Below, one piece after another: positions 38,711-48,574 of a DNA stretch of 64,000 bases (within the stretch, counting starts at the first letter, position 1; every line of letters begins with the position of its first letter). A program made the translations under genes and the position numbers. The stretch covers positions 1,056,001-1,120,000 of the forward strand of contig CP147779.1 in assembly GCA_037308085.1 (NCBI GenBank), written 5' to 3'. Under the pieces are notes generated by a model that did not search any database, had not been told where the DNA came from, and saw only the letters and a program-made list of their open reading frames with translations. The DNA is from Promethearchaeati archaeon SRVP18_Atabeyarchaeia-1. GTDB taxonomy: Archaea; Asgardarchaeota; Atabeyarchaeia; Atabeyarchaeales; Atabeyarchaeaceae.

Positions 38711-39562
38711 TCACCTTGAGACACCGCGCCATTCCCTCAGGGCTTTCTCGTATCCTTCGGGTGTGCCTGTGTCAAACCATTGCCCTGAAAACAGATAGCC
38801 GTATAGCTCGCCTTTCTCAGCTATCTTGGGGAAGACGTCCTTCTCTATGAAGGATGGACCGCTTGGGGGGACAAGATCTATGATCTTAGGTTGCAGAATA
38901 TAGAGACCCGTGTTTATTAGATTTGAGGGGGCATCTTCTCTGCGCGGTTTCTCAACGAACCTGACTATCTTGTTTCCTTCAAGGACAGCTACGCCGTAAC
39001 TTGAAGGATCGTCGACGGTTGTCAATGCGATAGTAGCAGTAGCTCTGTTCTCGACATGAAACTGGTACATTTTGTACAAGTCGATATTCAGCAAGTTGTC
39101 CCCGTTGACCATTATAAACGTGTCCTTCAGCAAGCTCTTGGCAAGTCTAAGCGGTCCACCCGTTCCCAGTTCGTCTTGCTCCTCGGCAAAGGTTATTTTA
39201 ACACCCAGTCTTTTCCCGTCGCGGAAATACTCCTTTATCTTCTCTCCCAAGTATCCGATGCTTATGATTATGTCGCGGACATCGTATGTTCGTAGCAGAT
39301 CGATGACGTGTTCCAAAATGGGCTTATTCTGAAGCGGAACTAATGGCTTAGGAATCTCATAAGTGATTGGGCGCAAACGTGTTCCCTTGCCTCCAGCCAA
39401 TATAAAGGCCTTGGGAGACATCTTCTCGAGCAGCGCCCCGAAAAGCAGTGATTCCACAGCTTGTGAGAGATTCCTCACCTTAACTCCATCAACCATTGAG
39501 CTGATCTTTCTCAGTATTTCGCTGTCGATGGTCATTGAAACCTTCTTCTTCCGTCTCTCCAT
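38711..39562 (-). CDS. Ribbon-helix-helix + sugar-phosphate nucleotidyltransferase fusion
   Basis: KKVSMTID...NLSQAVE RHH, then ILAGGKGTRLRP.T...PKPL, LGTGG, NGD, FVEKP, WFDTGT; ATG 39562 behind GGAAGG. Confidence 0.88.
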   Translation of the reverse strand: MERRKKKVSMTIDSEILRKISSMVDGVKVRNLSQAVESLLFGALLEKMSPKAFILAGGKGTRLRPITYEIPKPLVPLQNKPILEHVIDLLRTYDVRDIIISIGYLGEKIKEYFRDGKRLGVKITFAEEQDELGTGGPLRLAKSLLKDTFIMVNGDNLLNIDLYKMYQFHVENRATATIALTTVDDPSSYGVAVLEGNKIVRFVEKPRREDAPSNLINTGLYILQPKIIDLVPPSGPSFIEKDVFPKIAEKGELYGYLFSGQWFDTGTPEGYEKALREWRGVSR

Positions 39563-39781
39563 GCTATTACCTTCCAGAATGATATTAGACGGGCAGTTAC
39601 GTGTGATGTTTCCTGCTTGCCTAGCACTGAGAGCTCTTTGAACAGGGCTCAATCACTTGGAACTAAGAGACAAGAGCTACATCAGTGTAGAACAAGAGAT
39701 GCAGTACTGAAGTAAAGGAATATAAGGTTTTTACCCTCGCTAACCTATACTAGGCAGATAGAACTTCAAAAGGCAATAAGC

Positions 39782-40081
39782 ATGGCAATGCGGTCCCTGG
39801 GTTCGCTGCTATCCGCCATAGGGTTTCTCATACTTCTCATCGGCATAATACTAACCATAATAGGATTGGCCTTATCAATAGTTAAGAGAAGCTCCAGGGG
39901 AAAGAAAACTGAGGGTCAGGACGAACGCGAGAGGGGCAGAACGCGAGGCGGAGGAGTCGTAATGATTGGCCCGATTCCAATAATATTCGGGACGGACAGG
40001 AAAATCGTTTTGATTGCAGTCGCCGTTGCCATAGTCTTTATGGTCATATACATAGTGTCTATGCTGCTCGTAACCTCCTAG
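39782..40081 (+). CDS. DUF131 (TIGR00304-like) membrane protein
   Basis: GGVVMIGPIPIIFGTD between two TM helices. Confidence 0.88.
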   Translation: MAMRSLGSLLSAIGFLILLIGIILTIIGLALSIVKRSSRGKKTEGQDERERGRTRGGGVVMIGPIPIIFGTDRKIVLIAVAVAIVFMVIYIVSMLLVTS

Positions 40082-40094
40082 GGGAGGAAGGCAA

Positions 40095-40391
40095 GTGAGA
40101 AAACTCGGAGAATCTCTTGCGAATCTGGAAATAATGATCTCAGTGATAGGCGCGATAATCTTTTCTGCAGGTCTAACCATCAACTCTCTTCAGGGAGGAG
40201 CCGGTGCAACCATCTCGTTTGGAGGAGTCGTGCTGATAGGGCCGTTCCCCCTAGTATTTGGGACTGACAGGACAGCTCTCGATAGGAACAATCGGCGCCA
40301 TAATCCTGATGGGTTTTTCATTAATCATGCTCCATGCCCGAGTGAGGGGCGCTACTCGCCAAGCAGCGGGCGCAGCAAGCTACGGCGCTAG
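40095..40391 (+). pseudogene. Second DUF131 paralog, frameshifted
   Basis: GGVVLIGPFPLVFGTD, but the expected final TM helix (IGTIGAIILMGFSLIML) lies in the +1 frame from about 40270. Confidence 0.6.
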
Positions 40392-40459
40392 TGCGTATCA
40401 TAGAGGGCGCTGCGGACAAAAAGGTGGTCTACTGCGACCAGCTTGTCCCTGCATCGTCA

Positions 40460-43156
40460 TCAAGCATTCAAGACGGGGACTAAAACCTGATCGAAGATGG
40501 TATTGTCGTAAGCCGAGTAGAGTCTCAAGGGCATGCTCATACTCTTATTGTATGCCAAGCCGAGCATGGTAGCGTTTAATCCGGTCACCCTAAACTTGAC
40601 GGTTTGACCCGCGCTGAGATAGTACGTCTCAGTGTGCGGTATCCACGACGCGGTTCCTTGGTTCCAAACGTTCAGAGTGGGTATGGAAGCTTGCTTCGTG
40701 CCATTAATCCAGACGCTTCCTGTAAGGAGTCGGGTTAAGACCTTAGCCCCTAAGGCCACATTTTCAGACAAGGTATTGAGTGGAATAGCGGGCGCACCGC
40801 TACTTCCCATGTTAGTCGCGCTTATCACTGCGGTTCCATTCTTGTACAGAAATGTGTCACTTGCATTGATAACCAAATTGCCTAGCATGTCAAGTGGAGT
40901 ATAGTCGATCTTGTAGATCTTAACTAAGTCGCTAGAGGAGAAGAATGCCCTCTGGAAGAACCTCGGACCATAATCATCAATGCTTGTCACCCCGCTCCAG
41001 CCGACCTGTGTAGCGCCTTGATTTGTCAAGTAATCGTTTATCGAGGTCAGGTAGGTCGTAGTTGTGTCTGCCCAAATGGGTGCTACAGCCATGAAGTTTT
41101 TGGTCGACGTTCCCCGGCCGGCAGCCGTGCCCATAAAGTAGACCAGAGATATGTCTAATGAGTCGCTATAGGAGTGTGGCTCGTTGTTAAACATCAGCCG
41201 ATACAGCGTAGTGTTTTGGAAGAGTGGCCTTGTGACTTGTGATGTCTCATTGTAGTAGTCGCTTGTATTGATTAAGTTGGGGAAGTTATCTGCCGCTATT
41301 CTGGCCATCCAGATCCATTTTCCTTCGTCTCCTCCAATGTAGCTCTGCATGAATCCGAAGAATACCAGTGCGTAGTCGGCATGGAATCGCCTGAAGATTT
41401 GGAGTGACGCGGTCTCATTTGTCTCCATGAACCCCAGTCCGACGCAAGCAATCTGTGTGCTATTGCCAGTTCCATTATCGTCCACTGAGGTTCTGTTGCC
41501 CACTACCGTAATGTAGTACCCGTAGTCCCACCAAGCAACTACAACTGCACCAGGTGGTGCTTGGTTGTTAAGCCAACTCATTGCCTCCAGCCAATCGCCG
41601 TACGCGCCGGCTGGTAGTATCTCTGGTGGCGACATTCCCTGTATCAAGGGATAGCGTGATCCAAAGCCAGGCTGAATGATCATATTTCCATAGGAAAAGA
41701 GCAGTATCCCAATCACAAGAAAAGCTGCCGCCGCGTACTCACGACCAACTGTGGGTGTCATCCTAACCCTCTTTCTATGGATAATCTCCTCTTTCGGGGC
41801 TGCCATGATCTGGCCAAAAGGCCTAAGTACACTTGATAGCCCGTAGCCGGCAAGTATCGCGATTATCGGAGACAGGCTTATGACAATTCTCACCATGGAC
41901 CCTGAGAAGTAGACCAGGGTGACCGTGGCCAATATTATGAATATGTCTGCCTCAGACAGCCTCTTGAAGGAGAAGTAGATTCCAACTATGGAGAGCACTA
42001 CGAGTATTCCCAGATAGTAGAAGAAATCAGCCCAGGGGGTAGGTTGGTGCTCTCCAACCGAGGCGAGGATAGCTTCCTGAGTCTGCCTGAAGATAGGCAT
42101 GATCACAGTGTAGAACTTACCTCCAATGGGGCTGATCGTGAGTATTATGAACCCACCCACTGCGACGATGGCTGCGAGCAGGAACGGGTTCACTTTCGAA
42201 ATTCTACTGCCAATATTCCCCAAGGTCTTGAACTGAGCGAGGTACTTCGAAGTCTCGTAGAGAACCATAAGTCCAAGCACCATGAGTGCTGGAAGGATCT
42301 CCCCTGAAGCTAACTGCCCGACCCCGTTTCGTGGTGCTAGTACCATTATGAATAGGCCTATTAGCATCGTGATACTGTATGTTGTGAAGAGTCTCATGCT
42401 GTAGCGGCGTGTTATCAGCATAACTCCTGCAAATAGGGCAAATATGTCGATGCCGTACCTGAAGGTGCCCCAGCTAATACATAGGTATCCAAGGAATAGA
42501 CCGGCCAAGATGGCTGACGGAAATGAACCTCTCTTCAAAGATCTGATGAAGAAGTAGAATGAAATCAGCATGAGGAATATGCCAAAAGGCTCGTTGTCAA
42601 AAAAGCCGACCACTTGCCGCTGGATTATGGCTGGCGATACGGCAATGAAGAAAGCGGCGAGCAATCCGGAACGCTTGTCATAGATTTCTTTTCCGAGGAG
42701 GTAAACGACTAGGGGAGTCAGCGCGCCGAACAATAATGGCATATAGTAACAGACGGTGAAAGCCGAAGCGCTGATCCCAATGGCATTAACGAAGTAGTAG
42801 AATAGGACGGCAGTGAAGACCATTCCTGGGTATGTGTCTCCCGCAATGAATCTGCCGAAGGGGTACCAAGCGGAATAGTCGACCCAGTGGAACCAAGCGG
42901 GAAAACCATTACCAATGATAAACTGAACGTTCCTGTAAAAGTAGTACGGGTCGAACTCTTTTAGGAGGGGCTGCCAGCCAGCCATAAACACAGGCGATAT
43001 TCTGAGAAGAAACGCAATAGTGAATATGAGCACTAGAGAGACCGCAAGAATTGCCGTACTCCGTGGGATCTTGGCCGTTGCCGCCTTGAACGAGTTTTGC
43101 GTCAGCTGACCTAGTTTCCCAAAGATCCTCTTAATGCCTCTCCAAACCGACGAAAT
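40460..43156 (-). CDS. aglB: Oligosaccharyltransferase catalytic subunit AglB/STT3
   Basis: EFDPY, DNE, SVGEHQP, WWDYG, DNGT, DEGK motifs; start placed at ATT 43156 behind GGAGG (the listed extension to 43345 looks spurious). Confidence 0.94.
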   Translation of the reverse strand: MSSVWRGIKRIFGKLGQLTQNSFKAATAKIPRSTAILAVSLVLIFTIAFLLRISPVFMAGWQPLLKEFDPYYFYRNVQFIIGNGFPAWFHWVDYSAWYPFGRFIAGDTYPGMVFTAVLFYYFVNAIGISASAFTVCYYMPLLFGALTPLVVYLLGKEIYDKRSGLLAAFFIAVSPAIIQRQVVGFFDNEPFGIFLMLISFYFFIRSLKRGSFPSAILAGLFLGYLCISWGTFRYGIDIFALFAGVMLITRRYSMRLFTTYSITMLIGLFIMVLAPRNGVGQLASGEILPALMVLGLMVLYETSKYLAQFKTLGNIGSRISKVNPFLLAAIVAVGGFIILTISPIGGKFYTVIMPIFRQTQEAILASVGEHQPTPWADFFYYLGILVVLSIVGIYFSFKRLSEADIFIILATVTLVYFSGSMVRIVISLSPIIAILAGYGLSSVLRPFGQIMAAPKEEIIHRKRVRMTPTVGREYAAAAFLVIGILLFSYGNMIIQPGFGSRYPLIQGMSPPEILPAGAYGDWLEAMSWLNNQAPPGAVVVAWWDYGYYITVVGNRTSVDDNGTGNSTQIACVGLGFMETNETASLQIFRRFHADYALVFFGFMQSYIGGDEGKWIWMARIAADNFPNLINTSDYYNETSQVTRPLFQNTTLYRLMFNNEPHSYSDSLDISLVYFMGTAAGRGTSTKNFMAVAPIWADTTTTYLTSINDYLTNQGATQVGWSGVTSIDDYGPRFFQRAFFSSSDLVKIYKIDYTPLDMLGNLVINASDTFLYKNGTAVISATNMGSSGAPAIPLNTLSENVALGAKVLTRLLTGSVWINGTKQASIPTLNVWNQGTASWIPHTETYYLSAGQTVKFRVTGLNATMLGLAYNKSMSMPLRLYSAYDNTIFDQVLVPVLNA

Positions 43157-43845
43157 AGTCCTGAACCTCCGGCTACACTTGACAAGCGTCGCAATGCAAA
43201 GGATTGGAATCGGAATTATGTTAAGTTGCTCATATATCTTACGGTTAGGGGTTCCGTTGACTTGCCGATGGATGTGAAGGTGAGTGGAAGGCCTTGAGAT
43301 GATACTGGCTGGGGGTGACGGTGACATTGCTTTGGACGCGGGCAATGGCGCATCAACCCAGGCAACTAGTGCTTCCCTCTCGGACTCCAGCGCTGGTGTC
43401 TCTGTGACGCCAGCAAACCCAGCGGAAATCTTCGCATGCGTTTAAGACACGCAGGTGGCGCCACAAGATACTCACGCAGCCGTGACGACACAGTCCGGCG
43501 CAACCACTGGCGGTGGCGGCTTGGGTAGTCGCACGTTTCTGATCGAAAGAGTTGGCTAGCGGTGATGGCTATGAGAAGGCAGTCGATTCTCTTCGTTGCT
43601 TCTCAGTCATGGGCTCTTCTGTGACTCATCAGGAAACCTGCTCACCATTCAGGCTGTAGCACTTCATTGTTGCAACGATCAAGGACAATCAGAAGAAAGT
43701 TGTCTGCAAGATATTTAAGCGAAAGACCGATTAGTTCTGCAGCATTGGACGAGATAGAAGCTGTTCATTCGCCCTTGGACACAATGGCCTAGGTACTCGT
43801 CACACGGCATATTGGGAGATCAATTATGAGTGTGAGGTCTGCAGT

Positions 43846-45138
43846 TTGCTAGATATGAAGCTAATCAGAGAACAACCTGAGACTGTGAAGAGCAATCTCG
43901 AAAGAAGAGGCGACCCTGAGAAGACGAAATGGGTCGACGAACTACTCAATCTCGACAAGAACTGGAGGGGTTCGAAGCAGGAGGTCGAGCAACTCAGACA
44001 TAGAAGGAACGTCTTGTCCGAGAAAATAGCAGAGCTGAAACGGGGAAAAGAAGATGTGACAGGGCAATTGGAGGAGACTCGGCGGATCCCTGCCCAGATA
44101 AAGAAGATCGAAGACGGCATGGCGGCTCAAGAGGAAAGAATCAGGTTCATACTAATGAGACTTCCAAACCTGCTTCACGACTCAGTTCCGAAGGGCAAGG
44201 ACGACAGCGAGAACGTCGAGGTGAAGCGTTGGGGGGAGGTAAAGGGGCTGAGCTTCAAGCCAAAGGGTCACATAGATCTGATGATTGACCTGGATCTGCT
44301 TGACATGGACAGGGCGGCAAAGGTCTCAGGTGCGCGTTTCTACTACATGAAAAACGAGGCGGTCCTGCTGGAACTCGCCCTAGAAAGATTCGCCATTGAT
44401 ATCCTCAGAGAGAAGGGATTTACAGTAATCGAGCCGCCTTTCATGATCAAGAGAGAACCTTACGAAGGGGTCACCTCGCTTGCAGACTTCGAGGACACTC
44501 TCTACAAGATCGAAAACGAAGATCTCTACCTGATCGCCACGTCGGAGCACCCGATGGGCGCAATGTTCATGAATGAAGTCCTGAATGCCGACGCTCTTCC
44601 ACTTAAGTGCGCAGGCCTGAGCCCATGCTTCAGAAAAGAAGCTGGGGCTCACGGAAAGGATACCAAGGGAATATTCAGGGTCCACCAATTCAACAAGATC
44701 GAGCAGTTCATCTTCTGCAGACCGGAGGATTCATGGGAACTCCATGAGGAACTGCTAGCTAACGCTGAAAACATCTACAAGATGCTCGAAATCCCGTACA
44801 GGGTTGTTAACATATGCACAGGCGATATAGGAACTGTCGCGGCAAAGAAGTATGACATCGAAGCTTGGATGCCAGCTCAGAAAATGTTCAGGGAAGTCGT
44901 ATCCTGCAGCAACTGCACCGATTATCAGGCAAGGAGATTGAACATAAGATATAGAGAGAAGACAGGAGAAAAATCAGAATTCGTACATACGTTGAACAGC
45001 ACGGCAATAGCAACGCAAAGGACCATAGTAGCGATAATCGAGAATTATCAGCAAGCAGACGGCTCAATCAGGATACCGAAGGCCCTTGTTCCATATATGG
45101 GCGGGCTCAATGAAGTCAGAAAGAAAGGAAGGGAATAG
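43846..45138 (+). CDS. serS: Seryl-tRNA synthetase
   Basis: MLD start, LIATSEH, CFRKEAG, RVHQF.K.E, KKYDIEAW, SCSNCTDYQARR, HTLNST. Confidence 0.98.
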   Translation: MLDMKLIREQPETVKSNLERRGDPEKTKWVDELLNLDKNWRGSKQEVEQLRHRRNVLSEKIAELKRGKEDVTGQLEETRRIPAQIKKIEDGMAAQEERIRFILMRLPNLLHDSVPKGKDDSENVEVKRWGEVKGLSFKPKGHIDLMIDLDLLDMDRAAKVSGARFYYMKNEAVLLELALERFAIDILREKGFTVIEPPFMIKREPYEGVTSLADFEDTLYKIENEDLYLIATSEHPMGAMFMNEVLNADALPLKCAGLSPCFRKEAGAHGKDTKGIFRVHQFNKIEQFIFCRPEDSWELHEELLANAENIYKMLEIPYRVVNICTGDIGTVAAKKYDIEAWMPAQKMFREVVSCSNCTDYQARRLNIRYREKTGEKSEFVHTLNSTAIATQRTIVAIIENYQQADGSIRIPKALVPYMGGLNEVRKKGRE

Positions 45139-45331
45139 CAGCCTTCCAAGAATAATCATTGCCTCTCGCTGGTTTTGACTCAAGAAACAACGATCAACAC
45201 TCTGGAAACTTGGTTTGATGACCAAAATGGTAATATCTCTCTGCAAATCAATTGCAACAGACCGCATCTGAAGGATGCTATTTCGCGGAGACATAGTCTC
45301 TCTTTCAGTTCTTGAGGTGCAATATCCGATC

Positions 45332-46828
45332 ATGCGCTCAATCAAGGAGCAGTTAGATCCCATCTTCTACCCGAAGTCGTTAGCCGTAATAGGGGCGAGT
45401 AACAACGCCTTAAAATGGGGATGGATAATTCTTCATAACATCCTTAGAAACCGTTACAGGGGCAGATTATACCCTGTTAATAGGAGCGAGGACAAGATAA
45501 TTGGGGTCAAAGCCTACCACTCAGTGGGTGCCTTGCCTGAACCAGTTGACTTGGCGCTGGTGGTGATTCCTGCCCATTCTGTGGCAGAAGCCGTAGAGGA
45601 GTGCGCCAAGAGTGGAGTCAAGGGCTGTGTGGTGATCACCTCAGGATTCAAGGAGAGCGGAGAAGATGGTGCCGCGCTAGAAAAGGAGCTCGTTGGCGTG
45701 GCGAGAAAGGCTGGCATTCGCATAGTCGGACCCAATTGCATGGGTGTCTTGAGCAGCACCGTAAGTCTTGTTGCGGTGATGTCTCTTATCGATTTGAGAC
45801 CGGGTCCTATAAGCTTCATCAGCCAGAGTGGCAACTTGGGCACGCTGGCAATGTGGAATGCTATGCAGATGGGAGTAGGATTCTCGAAATTCGTGAGCAC
45901 TGGAAATGAGGCAGATCTCCACTGTGAAGACTACATAGAATACTTCGGGCAGGATTCCGACACGAGCGTCATAGCATGCTACATGGAGGGATTCAGCGAT
46001 GCTAGGAGATTCATGAGAACCGCACACGAGGTAGCAGAAAGGAAGCCGGTCGTCGTGCTGAAAGGAGGAGTCACGCAGGCAGGATCCAGAGCGGCGCGTG
46101 CTCACTCAGGATCCTTGGCAGGGACAGAGAATATCTTTACAGCGGCATTCAAGCAGGCTGGGGTGCTGAAAGCGGAAAGCGAAGACGAACTCGTAGACTA
46201 TGCTGGGGCGCTGGCTTCGCAACCACTTCCAAAGAGTAACAGAGTGGGGATACTTTCCCTTGGAGGGGGATGGGGAGTACTTGCCAGTGACTCATGTGAA
46301 AAGCATGGATTGATCGTGCCACCTCTCCCTCCAATTGCCGTAAGCAGGATAGACAAGGTGTTGCCTCCTTACTGGAGCAAAGGAAACCCAGTTGATACTG
46401 TTGCAAAATTCGATGCTGCGACACTGCGCGTATGCATCGAAACTCTGCTTGAACTGGAAGCAATCGACTCGATAATAATCGCCGGGTTTGGCACATACTC
46501 ATACTTCGCTAGCGAGATTTCTGGATCGGCATTCGCCACGAAGGAACAAGCTGAGCTGTTCGATCAAATCAGCATGATCGAAGGGCAAATCGCGAAGGAT
46601 ATCGTAGACTCTAGAAAGAAGTACGGCAAACCGATAATGGTTGTCTCCCGCTTATCAGGCAGGGAATCCTCATCAATACAAATACTTGAATCTGAGGGAA
46701 TGCCTCCTTACCCGACGCCACAAAGAGCTGCAAAAGCTCTGAGCAAGCTCGTACAATATAGGAGGTTCATAGATTCCAGCCGCGAACCTAGAAATATGAA
46801 TCACAGAGAATGGGTTCCGGGAAACTGA
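45332..46828 (+). CDS. acdA: Acetate/acyl-CoA ligase (ADP-forming) alpha subunit
   Basis: PKSLAVIGAS, YPVN, GPNCMG, SQSG, GNEAD, AHSGSLAG, NPVD; ATG 45332 behind GAGGTG. Confidence 0.9.
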   Translation: MRSIKEQLDPIFYPKSLAVIGASNNALKWGWIILHNILRNRYRGRLYPVNRSEDKIIGVKAYHSVGALPEPVDLALVVIPAHSVAEAVEECAKSGVKGCVVITSGFKESGEDGAALEKELVGVARKAGIRIVGPNCMGVLSSTVSLVAVMSLIDLRPGPISFISQSGNLGTLAMWNAMQMGVGFSKFVSTGNEADLHCEDYIEYFGQDSDTSVIACYMEGFSDARRFMRTAHEVAERKPVVVLKGGVTQAGSRAARAHSGSLAGTENIFTAAFKQAGVLKAESEDELVDYAGALASQPLPKSNRVGILSLGGGWGVLASDSCEKHGLIVPPLPPIAVSRIDKVLPPYWSKGNPVDTVAKFDAATLRVCIETLLELEAIDSIIIAGFGTYSYFASEISGSAFATKEQAELFDQISMIEGQIAKDIVDSRKKYGKPIMVVSRLSGRESSSIQILESEGMPPYPTPQRAAKALSKLVQYRRFIDSSREPRNMNHREWVPGN

Positions 46829-46963
46829 GCAGCCAGGAGGCCAACGGCCGCGGTCACTGGCAAATCGTTCCACGCTATCACTGCGCACTGCCTGAACAAG
46901 ATGGTACTCTAAGCGAGGAACGAAGTTCCATTGCTCGCTTGTGCAATTATCTGGTGAGGTCGA

Positions 46964-48256
46964 ATGTACGATGTAATCATTGTGGGCGGAGGAATGGGTG
47001 GGCTTGCGACTGGAGCTCTCCTATCAAGGAAGGGTTTCAAGGTTATGCTCCTTGAGCAGAATAGGATGCTAGGCGGAAGAGCGAACAGCGTCGAATACAA
47101 GAAGGGGTACACTGTTGACTGGGGGATACACCTCCTTAGATTTGGAAGTAAGGGAATCGCGGCCCAGGTTTTTGAGACCCTGGGCGAAAAGCTCGAAATA
47201 CTAGAAATGGGTGAAGGAAAACTCTTCCACAATGATCAGTGGTTAGAACTTCCAACCAAGGCAGATGTGTTGACTAGAACACCTCTCCTCGATGGCGAAG
47301 ATAAGAAATCGGTTGGCGGGCTTTTGACGGGGATCCTAGGGACCCCTCCCCAAAAGGTTCTCGATCTCTCGATTGCAGATTGGCTTAGTGACGTTGGTGG
47401 GAGTGAGAGAATCAAGATGGTCATGCAACTAATAAGCAAACTCTGCATAACGACCCATTCAGCTGGTGAATTGTCGAGCGGTGAGGTATTCTCGGTTATT
47501 TCGGGAGCGCTGAAGACTGGAAAGTCCGCAGGCTACCCGAGGGGAGGATGGAAAACAGCAATCGAGAGGCTCTCTTCCATCATACAAAACGAAGGAGGCA
47601 TAGTGAGAGAAAAAGCCAAGGTCGAGAAAATAGTCGTAGATGAGAGAAAAATCGTCGTAGGCGTTCTCGTCGGAGGGGAGAGGCTACAATCCAGCGTTGT
47701 CGTATACAGCGCACCATGCCAACAGCTACATAGTCTGGTGAGCAAAAGTGATTTTGGAGAAGCCTTTCTAGAAAGGTCCACGAATATGATCCCTACGGCA
47801 GGCATCAGCATCGATCTTGGTTTGCGGGGATGCGTCTCTAACGAGAACGGGATGGTTGTAGTCAACGATCCCTTTATTCTCGCGCAATTTACCTCAAACA
47901 TAGACTCGACCGTAGCCCCCTCAGGCGAACAATTAGCGACATTTCTGCACGTCATGTCACCCACCGAGATGCGGGACAGGAAGAGAGTAGAAGGAGCTTT
48001 CGAGGTCCTCGAGAGATATGCCTTCAAGATGTTTCCAAGGCTGAGAGGATCCATCGTGTGGAAGAGGAAGACCGAGATGGATATAGTAAACGGCGTGCTT
48101 CCGACTCCTCTACAGTCTCGGGAGAAACGAATAGGGTTCATCGGTCCGGTAAAAGGGCTCTACTTTGCCGGCGACTGTTACGACGGCGAAGGGGGAGGGA
48201 GCGACATCGCCTTCCGCTCGGCAAGACGGTGCGCTGAGGTAATCGAGAAAAGGTAG
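46964..48256 (+). CDS. FAD-dependent oxidoreductase (phytoene desaturase/amine oxidase family)
   Basis: DVIIVGGGMGGL...LE...GGR, YPRGG, GLYFAGD. Confidence 0.88.
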   Translation: MYDVIIVGGGMGGLATGALLSRKGFKVMLLEQNRMLGGRANSVEYKKGYTVDWGIHLLRFGSKGIAAQVFETLGEKLEILEMGEGKLFHNDQWLELPTKADVLTRTPLLDGEDKKSVGGLLTGILGTPPQKVLDLSIADWLSDVGGSERIKMVMQLISKLCITTHSAGELSSGEVFSVISGALKTGKSAGYPRGGWKTAIERLSSIIQNEGGIVREKAKVEKIVVDERKIVVGVLVGGERLQSSVVVYSAPCQQLHSLVSKSDFGEAFLERSTNMIPTAGISIDLGLRGCVSNENGMVVVNDPFILAQFTSNIDSTVAPSGEQLATFLHVMSPTEMRDRKRVEGAFEVLERYAFKMFPRLRGSIVWKRKTEMDIVNGVLPTPLQSREKRIGFIGPVKGLYFAGDCYDGEGGGSDIAFRSARRCAEVIEKR

Positions 48257-48367
48257 GAAATATGGCGACCTAACATTGGCGAAGCTCGCAAAAAACAACT
48301 ACTGAGAGTAGTAGTAGGACAAGTTACACCAAGGGGTTAAAATCGTTTCTAGCTCAATGGTGGACTG

Positions 48368-48476
48368 TTGTCGGGGGCGCGGCTTTCGTATTTCTTCTTT
48401 TAGAAGAAGTCCCCTCCAAGCGACACATAGTCCTTGGGGACAATCCCCTCCTCCACCGCGCCTCCGACTTCTTGTT
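48368..48476 (+). ncRNA. Candidate structured small RNA (~100 nt, three-way junction)
   Basis: 13-bp closing stem 48370-48382/48456-48468 with one G-U pair, two internal hairpins, TTAAAA about 30 nt upstream and a T-rich tail; lies between convergent genes. Confidence 0.45.
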
Positions 48477-48574
48477 ACAATAGACAAGAAAGTTGGCAAT
48501 ATCGAGAGCCTGCTTGGTTACTGGCTGACTTTTCCGAAGAGCCGTGCGAGGGAAATGGCGGGTTTCAGGTTTCC

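Noticed and set aside
43157-43345. 63-aa N-terminal extension of AglB in the ORF track
   Set aside because: No SD, sequence unlike STT3/AglB, and it overlaps the likely promoter
46964-48256. Rab-GDI-like protein
   Set aside because: An intact GxGxxG dinucleotide motif and C-terminal GLYFAGD indicate an ordinary flavoenzyme
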